Shown in pieces: positions 52,910 through 64,000 of a DNA stretch of 64,000 nt. Position 1 is the stretch's first letter. Every line of letters begins with the position of its first letter. Source of the stretch: Cycas panzhihuaensis (Eukaryota; Plantae; Cycadophyta); NCBI GenBank assembly GCA_023213395.1, contig CM041465.1:82777741-82841740 (forward strand), read 5' to 3'. The notes under the pieces are model-generated. The model worked only from the letters and a program-made list of their open reading frames with translations, was not told the DNA's origin and searched no databases. A program made the position numbers and the translations under genes.

Positions 52910-53396
52910 GAAGAGGTTGAAGAAAGGTGACATGTCTCCTCCAACTACTGCAATTCCAACCTTTGAAGCAGCAACTGCATCCAAACGCTTCACACTTCTC
53001 TTGTATGCCTTTTGCCTTTGCTTCCTCTTCCTTTTGCCTTTGGCATTCTTGGAAAAGCTGTTGATCCATCTCCAAGAACATCTTCCTGACATTCAGAGTC
53101 AAACTGTGCATAGCCTAATTCTAGTGGTTTTGTGTATTCTTCTCTAGAGCAGAAAAAATTAGTGGCAAAACCACATGTTCGTTTTGTGCAATCAAACTTA
53201 CAATGTAATCATTGTTCCACAAAAACAAAGCTCACTCAGCCACCTAGAAGTGTGAACTATTCAAGCATCGTCCAATTTGCCTAAATAAGGGTACCATGCA
53301 TCATTGGAATTCAGTTGCCTGTGTGGCTTCCAAAACTTCCTCTAGTTCTCCACGAAACAGTACCTCCTTTTGACTATTTATGATGGGCCAATACTT
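52910..53396 (-). pseudogene. PP2A-B': Captured C-terminal fragment of protein phosphatase 2A B' (B56) regulatory subunit
   Basis: [60 protein letters not shown]...[26 protein letters not shown]. Confidence 0.96.
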
Positions 53397-54449
53397 GACA
53401 ATCTCGATGATGTATGCACTCCAAATATTGTTGTTAATCCAGATGATGGCCTGAAACAGACACCTTTGGCAGGTCCTAAAATATTTCCAAAAATGGTTCT
53501 CTTCATTATTTCAGATGGTATTTGAGGCATGCAAAGTTTTAGAGTAATTGCTATTGAAGTTGTGACTCCAACAGTTGTTGAACCAGTAGCAACAGAAGAT
53601 GACACTTGCTGCACCAAGTACAGGGGTTACAAATGTTGATGCTGCTTAGGAATACCATCAAGCGCGCTAATAGAGCTTGTTAAAGATGCCTACAAAAGTT
53701 GAGTTGAGGAAGAGGAGGAGGACGCAGATGAACCAAACCATGAAGAAAGGGCAGGTTGAGATCGGCTAGGGTTCGAGTCTCCGTGGAAATAAATAAAAAT
53801 ATAAAGAAGTTGTGATAACTTTCCTCAATCTTTATGGCTAATGAAAAAGAATAGGTCGAGAAGAAGAAGTCTAAACAAAAGCTAAAGGAGAAGTGAATGA
53901 AGAGAGAGAGAGATATTAATGCTAAGATCCTTAGAGACCGACTAGGCTCTGATACTAATTGATATGCATTTAGATTCAAGCACCTTCAGATCTTAGCATG
54001 CATAAGAAAATTAGATTAAGAGGAGGAAAGAAGTGCTTCTCTCTTCATTGATTTCTTGAAGAAATGACTTATGTATTTATACAACCTTGAGTTGGTTATA
54101 TGTAGGACACATGCGTGTTCCATGTAGGACATGTGTCACCTGTGTACCTAATTACTAAATAGGTTCCTTAAGTATCATTAAAATGATACTTAAAGAGTAT
54201 TAAGACTAAGATTACATATGACTATACATAAATACTTATCAACATGTGTCCTTTTAGGGCTCTCAAGTGAGCAAAAGTGCATGGGGGTCCATTTGACCCT
54301 TTAGTGACAATGTTGTGTCACTAGAAAAGAATGTGGGTGTGCACTTTATCACTTAAGTGATAAGTCACCCCTAAAAGTACAAAAGTACAAATATTACATG
54401 ACAAATAAAGTACATAGTCTCAACATGTAAACATAAGGTTTAACACCCC

Positions 54450-57400
54450 CCCCTTACTGTTTACAATGTTAAGTCGGACCCCTAGACCATCTCTAAATTT
54501 TACAAATTTTTCTCTACCAAGTGGCTTGGTAAAGATATTTGTTGTCTGTTGTTCTATCGGTCTATACTGAAGGTTAATCTCACCACTTTGCACATGCTCT
54601 CTGATGAAGTGATGATGAACCTCAATGTGTTTGGTCCTTGCATGAAATACAGGATTCTTGGCCAACTTGAGCACACTTTGATTGTCACAATAAATCCTGG
54701 TGGGATGATCCTGCTCAAGTCCAAGTTCCCCAAGAATCCGTCGTAGCCAGATAGCTTCACTGGCTGTTGGTAGCTTTGTATTCTGCTTCGGTGGAGGACA
54801 AGGTAACATTGGGTTGCTTCTTGCAACTCCATGAAACAACTATTGAACCAAGGGTAAAACAGTAACCCGAGGGTGATCTCCTGCTATCCTGGCAACACCT
54901 AATCGAAATCGAGAACCCTTCGGTGAAGTTCTCATCATGTGCATACTCAAGGCCATGCTGCAATGTGCCTTTGATGTATTTGAGTATGCGTTTAGTTGCA
55001 TTCCAATGTTTCTGATTGGGTTGAGACATGTATCGTGAACAAATCTCAACTGCAAATGAAATATCCGGTTGAGTGTTGGTGAGATAAATGAGGCTACCAA
55101 TCAACTTCCGGTAAAGAGTGGGATCTACAGGTTCAGCTTCCTCACTGAGAGTAAGCTTTGTTCCGTTCTCCATGGGTGTAGGCGCTAGCTTGTAGTCGTG
55201 CATCCTGAACCGCTGCAAGATGTCCCAAGAATATTTGGCTTGGGAGATGAAGATATAGCCTGGCTATTGCCATACCTCAAAGCCTAAGAAATAATGGAGG
55301 AGTCCAAGATCTATCATTTCAAAACTCTTCTTCAAGTCATCCTGGAGAATCTATATCATCTTAGTGTCATTGCTAGTGATCACTAAGTCATCTATATACA
55401 AGACAATAAAAATGGCATGGTTTTTTTCATCTTTGATGTATAAGTCAGGATCTGAAGTAAATCGATGAAACCCATGTCTCAAAAAGTAATCATCAATCTT
55501 TGAGTACCATGCTCTTGGAGCTTGTTTCAAGCCATATAATGCCTTTTTTAGGCGACAAACTAAATGTTCCTTGCCTTGTACCTTGTAACCGGGCGGTTTC
55601 TCCAAGTATACCTCCTCTTGAAGATCACCGTTGAGAAAGGTGCTCTTCACGTCCATCTGAAAAACTAGCCATTTGCATTGAGCTGCTAAGGCCAAGATGA
55701 GTCTGATGGTATTCATGTTAGCCATTGGTGCAAAAGTCTCCTTGTAGTCTATACCTTCCTTTTGTTTGAACCCTTTTGCCACAAGGCGGGCCTTATGCCG
55801 CTTAAGTGTACCATCGTAATGGAATTTGGTCTTGTAGACCCATTTGCAGCTGATTGCCTATTTATGTTTAGGCAATTCGACCAAATCCCAAGTTCCATTC
55901 TTTTCAATAGAATGGATTTCTTCATCCATGGCAACCTTCCAATTCTCATTTTTAGAAGCCTCCTCAAAGGTGGAAGGCTCATCAACACATAGCACTTCAG
56001 CCATAAGTGCAAAATTGGTTTGCTACCTGCATTTTGATGGACATTTTCCTTCAATAATGTGGTCATCCTGCATTGTTTGAGTATACCATTTTGGTAACTT
56101 TTTAATTGATGTGACTTGAACCTCAAGATCTTCTGGTCTAAGTGGTTGATCAACAGAAGACGTGCTAGGATCAAGTGGAGTTAAATCTGATGATGTGGAT
56201 GGTCCAACAGGTGCAGATGATGTACATGGAGTTGAAGATTGAGAGGGAAGGAAAGCCTCAACAATCTTTTTGCCTTTGTCAATGGAGGGTTGCATGGATG
56301 CTGTATGCAACTCCTTATGGTCTTTTTTAGCAAAGATTACATCTCTTGAGATATGCATTTTCTTTCCAATGGGATCATACAACTTGTAGGCTTTGCTATG
56401 AATGGCTTAACCTACAAAGATGCATTTTAGACTGTGCTTGTCTAATTTTGTTCTTTGCTGATCGGGGATGTGCATATAAGCAGTGCACCCAAAAGTCCTC
56501 AAATGGTTGACAGTTGGCTTTTTGCCAGACCATGCCTCCTCTGGTGTGATGTCAGTGACTACTGTTGTTGGACTTCGATTTGCCACATAGGTAGCTGTGT
56601 GGAATGCCTTTGCCCAGTAAGCTCGAGTGAGTCCTTTTGCATGCATCATTGCTTTGGCTTTGTTAGCCAAAGTTCTATTCATTCTTTCGGAGACTCCATT
56701 TTGTTGATGAGTATGAGGAATAGTAAGCTGTCTTTGAATGCCATTATCTTTGCAGAATTGGGTGAATTCATTTGAAGTAAATTCACCTCCATTGTCTGTC
56801 CTTAGTCTTTTGATGGATTGGCCAAACTCATTCTCCACTTCAAGCTTGAATTCTTTGAACTTTGAGAATGCTTCAGACTTATGCTAGATGAAGTAAACCT
56901 AGACTTTATGAGAGAAGTCGTCAATGAAGGAGATGTAGTACAAAGCTCATCCAAAGGATGTGGTGGACATAGGTCCACACAAATCTGAGTGTACTAGCTA
57001 TAAAGGATGTGATGCACCCCAAGCTTTGCCTTTAGGGAAAGACAAGCGATGTTGTGTCCCCATTATGCATGCTTCACAAAGATATTTTGTGCCATATATC
57101 TTTGGAAGCCCATGTACCATATTTTTATTCACCATCTGCTTAAGATTGTCTAAGCTCAAATGGCCTAGACGTTGATGCCAAAGTTGCATCTTGGACAAGG
57201 TTTGAGTGATAATGGAACTAGAGTAAGCAGAATCAAGTGTTATGTTATTAGCATCCAATTTGTAGAGGCCATGATCCTCATATCCAACAACTACTACTTG
57301 GTCATCTTTGTCACTTATTACACATTTCCCATTTTTGAACAAAATGCTCATCTGTTGCTTGTCCAATTTGCTAACAGATAGTAATCTCTTGTCCATGGAA

Positions 57401-58640
57401 GGTATAAAGTAGGCATTGCCATTGGGAAATGAAGAGGAAGGATTGGAAAAAGAATGAAATAGAGCTATTGTGCATATGCCAGAAATCTTGACAGATTGAT
57501 TGTTGCCGAAGGTCACTGATTGACCTTTTCCTTCCTTGATGTCGCAAAGGAGTTCTTCACACCCAGTCATGTGTTGAGTAGCTCCAGAGTCAATGATCCA
57601 AGTTTCATCAACCTTGGATGAATGATAAGCACAAAACAGTTTATCCTCATCTGCAAACTGATTGAAGTAGCGTTGATTGCCACCTCTAAAACCCCCCCTT
57701 CCTCTTTGACCTCCTTGATAGGCACCTCGATTTGGTCGAGGGGGTTGCTGCTGCTATTGTTGCTGAAATCTTTATTGGAATTGTTGTCGTGGCTGCTGTT
57801 GTCTCTGACTTTGTTGACATGGTTGCTGCTACTGTTGTCGTAGATTTGCTTGCTTCTTCCTGCAATTAGGTGCTATGTGGTCAGCTTTGCCACAATAATG
57901 ACAAACAACATTGGTCTTTGAGGAACCAATGTTCATGTTCCTAAACTGCTTTGAAAGTGCAGGTTTGGGATTCTGCTTGGCCTTTGATTTGGCCGTGAAT
58001 GCACCTGATGTAGATGCTTCGTCCTCATTATCCTTGGTGTAAATTTGCTCCTCTTGAAGCAACAAGCTTTCAAGTTCATTAAATGACATTCGTTTGAGTG
58101 AACCATCCCATGTAGTGGAAGAAATAAAGCCATTGTAGTCCTTAGGCAAAGCTTTGGTAATTGATGTTATAAACTCATCTCTAGTGTAGGACTACCTAAT
58201 GTATTCAAGTCATTACATACCTCCTTGATGGAGGAAAGGAAAGCTAACATAGGCTTAACAAATTTTACAGAATACAACTTGGCTTTTACCATCAATATGT
58301 GAGCTTCATCTCGCCTTTCATACAAAGGGGACAAAATGTCCCATGCTTCCTTGGAAGTTTTTGCACATACTATATTTTGATCTACATGAACATCAACAAT
58401 CATATGTAGGAATGCCAAAGCGATTTCATCTTTGGCTTCCCAAGCAGCAATAAGAGCATCATCAGGTTGAACAGTTACATCACCATTGATAACAGTTACA
58501 GGTTGAGGTATCCTTCCAGAAACATAACCCCAAATTTCATTCATTATCAAAAGATTTTGAGTGGTCCTTTTCCATTCTTGATAGTTGTCTTGTCCTGTTA
58601 ATCTGATGGTGCATGCATTAAGCATGTTAATTGCAACCAT
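54450..58640 (-). pseudogene. Copia B gag-PR-INT-RT-RH
   Basis: CHYCGKADHIAPNC, WIIDSGATQHMT, LRTDNGGEF, YIDDL, HARTKHIEVHHHFIRE; scattered stops. Confidence 0.96.
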
Positions 58641-61600
58641 GTTTCAGTTGTAAGGCTTGAAGCTAGCAGATAACTTGGAAACTCAAAGCTTTCATTGCTT
58701 AAGTTCCACCTTCTAACAAAACCAACAGTTCTGATCTTACTAGAAGATCGAACAACTGAATGGAATGATGAGGGGTGGAGGACTAGGCTATGAAGTTGGT
58801 CCAACCCTGATCTATAGAGGAGATCCAACAGTTGGCCAAGTTAAATCTAGGACAAGGCAGGTAGGGTTGATCTGCATGGACATACCATGCTTTCCCTGGG
58901 ATTCACAGACCCAATAACACCCTTTTCGAACCTCCTTTCCCTCAAGCAACCTTAATTGTCATGCATTGACCGTACGGTCGGTTGGTTCCCTAGGGAATGC
59001 ACCAAGCTTAAGGTTATTTCAGAGGCAAGATTTGAACCTTTTTCGGGTCTCTCTAACAAGATTTTTAAAGTCACTTTTTCAAAGCTTAAAGTGAACTTAA
59101 GATTTATTTTACTTGGATGATGTACTTATGAAAGTGCTTGATTAAGCTTACAATGAAAGAGGCTTCAAAAGAAGCAATCTAGTACATCAAATGAACACTT
59201 AAAGTGTTGTTACAATGAGAACTTAATGAAGTGAGAGTGCTATACAAATCCAAGTAAAAAAAGATGCTTGAGTACAATGAGTTTTGCAAAAATAACTACT
59301 TGAAAAAATGCTAAGTACTCAATGAAACAAAGCAAAACCTTGTGATAAAAATACAAGTGGGTTCCTTTTAATGCTCAAGAGTGAAGAGTAGAAGACCACT
59401 TGCCAAATAAGAACACCAAGCACCAAGTGTTGGGACTTTAAAATAGTCCCAACGATCAACAAATGAAGTGATTTTATTAAGTAAAAAAAGGTGTTTTTGA
59501 GCCCTTTTTGTGACTAAGGGCAATAGGTCACCATGCAAGGTGCCTTAAAAAGAGTGTTGAAATAGTGATAAATATCACTTTTGACAAAGTATCAACACTA
59601 AAAATCACTTTCAACATTACTTTTTAACACTTATAAACATGAAATAAGTGTAAAATAAAGCTTGAAATGCCTAAAAACAAAGGTTGAAATTCAAAAGTTT
59701 TTTTGAAATTGAGCACTAAGGACACCACCCTTTATGATGATGAAAAATAACTAAAAAGTCAAAAAACACAATTGAAAAATCTTTTATGTGTTTAAATGAC
59801 TTTAAGAGGCATAAAAAAAGCTGAAATGAAGTTAAAACAGGCGATTACATAAACTTTAATTGATAATATATCAATTAAATAGCTTTAAAAAAGAACTTTT
59901 ATGTTAAAAAGATAATTAAAATTAGAATATTCTTAATTATATATCATAAAGTTTAAGAACTAATGTTAAAAAAAAAATGAAATTTTCGAATTTTCGAAAT
60001 CACGTCGATCTGTGCACTAAAAAAATAGTGATAAAAAAGTATTTTTTCTCACAGATTAAAGCCAGAATCTATAGACTATCATCAGATCTGAGTAGAGGAT
60101 GGCGATACGATCGATTCAAGTAGCATATTCGAGCACTTTCAGAGTGTGCAGTGAAATTCTAATGTGAATGAGCCGCCACTGTCTACGCGCCTGTGGAGAT
60201 GCTTAGATCGTTCATTCCATTTGCAGAAGACTCAGATCAATGTCCAATTTTAGGAGCAAGGATGCAACTGTTATATGGAACTATCTCCAGAGTTTTGGAG
60301 TGATACGTTCACTATACAGTGAGTACGGATTGAGCGCAATTTGTAAGAGGCGCACGACCGGCTGTGTAGTTGTACGGCTATACGGTGACTTTGGACCACC
60401 ATATGGAGTTGTGGGACCCATTGCAGGATTGCAGGATGGTGCAAAATCGATGTGGACTTTAGATCTTTGGACTACACTAGTAATTTAGAGTAGAAACAGA
60501 TCTATGCCAGTGATTTGAGCTTTTTCACTGGGGTTTGAGGGCTGAAAATAGCCTGAAACTAGACCAAACACTTCAGAGAGCCTCAAAGTGGTCTGGATTT
60601 CTTCCTTGAAGACAGATACTCCTGTAAATAATGTCAGTTTAGGGATAGCCAACCAGATTTAGTAGAAATGAGTGAAAGATAGTAGTTTTTTAGGCTAAAA
60701 ACACTGAAAATAGTAATTAATCTACCCAACATTGAGAAATTTTTGGTGCAGATCAATTACAGGTCAAAGATAATAATTATCGATCGATTTCTGATCAAAA
60801 ATAGCTAAACAACTTAGATCTGCCTCCTTTCTTGCAAAATAATTTTTTTCTTGAAGAAAAATTAAGGAAAAAGCATTGTTTTTGAAGAAAACAGTGTTGC
60901 ACCCTTGACAGAGATTTGAAAAAAAAGATTTAGATCTGAATGTAGCCTTGCTCCAGCTTTTAACATTGCTCCAGAAGCTTGAACCTGAAAGAAATAGGTC
61001 TCAACAAACCTTGGATTGCCTTCAGAGGGCGAAGGTCGTCACCAAGGGTTTGTAAACCTTCTTTGAATCTCCTTGAGCAGAAAAATCAGAACTGAGGGAA
61101 CTAGTCTCTTTTAGCTCTGATACCAAATGTGAAAACGGCCTAATGGCCTTACAATCCCAAGATCTAGAAGCTAGGTTCACTCTAGTTCTAGAAAGCAAAT
61201 AAACTAGGCAAGAATGAAACTATAAGATGAAATATGAGCAAGATAAAGCATGAAGAGAAAGAGCAAGAAAATGATACCAAAGATGAGGAGTTGGAATTGG
61301 TCCAACCTCCAAATGAATAACAATTTGATTAGCAAACTGGCAGCATAACAATATAGGTCCAACTCTAGATGAGAACAATGAGGAGAGGTCTCATTATATA
61401 GAGTGAAAGGAGATACCTAAGGCATTGGATGTTTGACAAGTGTCAAACATCCAAGGTACATGCCTTGCATGTAGGACATGTGTCCTTTTAGGGCTCTCAA
61501 GTGAGCAAAAGTGCATGGGGGTGCATTTGACCCTTTAGTGACAATGTTGTGTCACTAGAAAAGAATGTGGGTGTGCACTTTATCACTCAAGTGATAAGTC

Positions 61601-61678
61601 ACCCCTAAAGTACAAAAGTACAAATATTACATGACAAATAAAGTACATAGTCTCAACATGTAAACATAAGGTTTAATA

Positions 61679-63127
61679 GTTTGAATGTACAAGCTCCAAC
61701 TTCTCCTTGGCTCTCCAGGCATTATCCCGAGCAAAAAGGTAGCGGTGGTGCTTGCCATACATACACCCTTCGCACACACCATCTGAGTAGGTAATTGATG
61801 GCAATCCTTCCACCATCTCCAACCTCTTGAGCAGTGCAATACTCCTATAATTAAGGTGCCTTAGGTGATTGTGCCACAACTTACTCACGTCAATTGTGCT
61901 GGCAACAAAGGCATAGGACTTCTTTTGAGATTGAAACTTCTCAAACACCCAAAAGTTGTCCCTAACTTTCCCAATAACTATGACAGCAAAGTTTTCTTTT
62001 AGATCCTTAATTAGGCATTTGTCATTGTATAGCTCCACTTTCATACCTTGTTTGCAGATCTCTGGTGCTAAAAGAAGGTTCAACTGCATCTTCGGTACAT
62101 AATATACCCCAGTAAATTTACCTCCTGCAATGGAAACTTTGTCGATACCTTTTGCCGGCCAAACGTGAGCATCCCCAAGGACAATCTCAGCACCACTTTG
62201 ATTTGAAGTCATCGTATCAAAGTTCTGCCTCTGGTAAGAAATGTGCTTCTGCGCTCCAGAGTCAAGGACCCAATAATCTCTTTGATTTGACTTGGATGAT
62301 GAGGCTTTTGCTCAGACGCAGTGAGCAATAACATTCTTCCCTTTATCATCCTGATTGACTTTGCGCTTGTACGACGCTTGAACCAATAGTTCTTCTTGCG
62401 GTGACCGTCCTTCTTGCAGTAATTTCATTTCCTGTTGAACTTCTTTTTGTCATGCGAACTTTCTCCTGACCTCTGTGTGATATTCTCCTCCTTAGCGGCC
62501 TCCTTCCTTTGAGTTTTTGTGGCTAAGGCCTAACTTGAACCAAAACCTCCAAGCATACCGTGATGTTTGAGCTTGGCATCCTCTGCTAGAATCAGGTTCT
62601 TAAGCCCATCAAACGTCTTTGCTTTCATCACTTCGTCTCTACCATAAATGGTCTGGAATGTGGCGAAAGCAGCTGGCACTTTCGACATGATTATTGCAAA
62701 TAGCAACGCATCATCGATCGAGTTTGGCTTCAGTTCCTCTAGCTTATTCTTCAAGTATGTAATCTTGTTAAGGTAGGAGCTGATGTTGTTCTCATCCTCC
62801 ACATGCAAGTTGAGTAACTCCAACATTAGTGCAAGACGCTTATTCATCTACTTCTTTTCAACTGTATCATAGAGTTTTGTCCATATCTCATCCGATTCGT
62901 CTAGATTGTGAACCGACGCTCTTTGGTTCGGCTCCAATGACAGTTTCAACAATCCCATAAATTTCTTCTCTTCGACGAATTTTCTCCTTATGGTCTAGTG
63001 GAATTGCGTCCACTTTCGCCTTGGTGATACCCCAAAGTTGATTCACCATCAAAATAAGCTCCATATTGGCCTTCCACTCGCTGAAATTGTTACCATTAAA
63101 GATAACTTTGGGCATAATGCACTCCAT
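61679..63127 (-). pseudogene. Copia A gag-PR-GAG-pre-integrase
   Basis: FNGNNFSEWK, WVLDSGA, LWHNHLRHLN, CEGCMYGK; LELVHS joins DIMGP at 49940. Confidence 0.93.
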
Positions 63128-64000
63128 CTCAAGAAACGGGCTTCAATATGAATCAATTGACACCAAAAACGAATGTCTGCAGGACAAAATGCACACCTGT
63201 ATCTTCCTTTGGCTCACAAGCACACTTCCAAGGGCACCCAACATCGACTGTACCCATGTTAAGTGAGCCACTGACTGTTTATCCCTCATCAACTGTCAAC
63301 AAACGGCCTTAAATAGCCATGTAAATGTTACAACTGACACAAATAAAGGCTTAAAAAATGTTCTTCAAATCAAAGTACAGCTCCACAAGCGATGATGCAC
63401 GGTCTCCAAGTCACAAAACACAATAATCCTCCTCGATCTGTGCTCAGAACAGAAGAAGAATGCTTCAAATAGCTTCAAAGTACTTCACAATAGGCAAATA
63501 TGACAAAGTATCAATGGTCTAAGGGCCTTTTATAAAGTTGAATTGGGGAGAATATACCAAAAGGTATATTCTATGAGTTGCGACTTTTTATAAAGTCCCA
63601 TGCCTTTGGAACTTGACCCACATGCTCTAAATAATCACGAAAATATATCAAGATGTCACTATGTTTAAACCATAGTGTAAAGACATCAAATATCTTAGTG
63701 AAAAGTTGCACAACGTGAAGGTAGGAGGCACGGCTGTCATGAGTTTACTATCGACGACCTATGACCTCCATTGTTCTCTACGGTCTTGTGACCTTATACA
63801 TGGACCTGCACTCCACTTGGACAGCTGGCAAATGATCTCTAGACCAACTAGCCACCTCTAAACATGCCCAACCAACATAAATAGTGACCAGCCAAGAGGA
63901 TAAGCACCCAAATAGTGTGAATAGTGCCCAGCCAACACAGAATGGGCTCAAATTTGATGAGAAAACAACCCAGCCAGCTTTCAGAGGAGACAAAACAGAC

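Larger units (their letters stand above)
50294..54241 (-). mobile_element. Non-autonomous LTR element (LARD/Bs1-like) carrying captured host gene fragments
   Basis: 282-bp LTRs 50294-50575 and 53960-54241 (5 differences by eye); perfect TSD ACATG; PBS TAGTATCAGAGCC 53945-53957; PPT GCAGGGAGGAAA 50576-50587; no gag/pol seen. Confidence 0.96.
49941..61678 (-). mobile_element. Full-length Ty1/Copia element B
   Basis: 5' LTR 61128-61678; split 3' LTR 49941-50293 plus 54247-54445; TSD GTCTG/GTTTG; PBS TGGTATCAGAGC 61114-61125; PPT 54446-54455. Confidence 0.96.
46965..64000 (-). mobile_element. Ty1/Copia element A (3' LTR 46965-47334; 5' LTR beyond window), split by Copia B
   Basis: TG...CA LTR with PPT 47335-47344; RH, RT and INT at 47440-49940; gag, PR and GAG-pre at 61679-63127. 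Confidence 0.93.

Noticed and set aside
52583-53092. 169-aa ORF as a real chimeric protein
   Set aside because: Mostly out of frame with the B', Q-rich and RST coding frames
52085-53396. Functional host genes (PP2A B', TAF4)
   Set aside because: Partial, stop-riddled fragments enclosed by LTRs and a TSD

Overview
This is plant (probably non-flowering, fern/gymnosperm-like) heterochromatic DNA made almost entirely of nested, mostly decayed LTR retrotransposons. I see no intact host gene. Resolved elements: (1) four Met-primed chromovirus-type Ty3/Gypsy copies, three with internal deletions; (2) a full-length tRNA-Glu-primed Gypsy (3494-13565, TSD AGAGG) with an extra 3' ORF whose C-terminal domain recurs in a diverged relative at ~31.1-31.7 kb; (3) three Ty1/Copia copies; (4) a solo LTR; (5) a gag-only non-autonomous element. 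The standout is a young pol-less LTR element (50294-54241, TSD ACATG) nested four levels deep. Its interior is a chain of same-strand host gene fragments: an apparently intron-less PP2A B' C-terminus, a TAF4-type RST domain, an AT5G63040-like membrane protein piece and Q-rich segments. These are followed by an array of 7 stem-loop repeats. It inserted inside a 17-mer identical to one in its own LTR. Family assignments are from motif recognition only; no searches were run.
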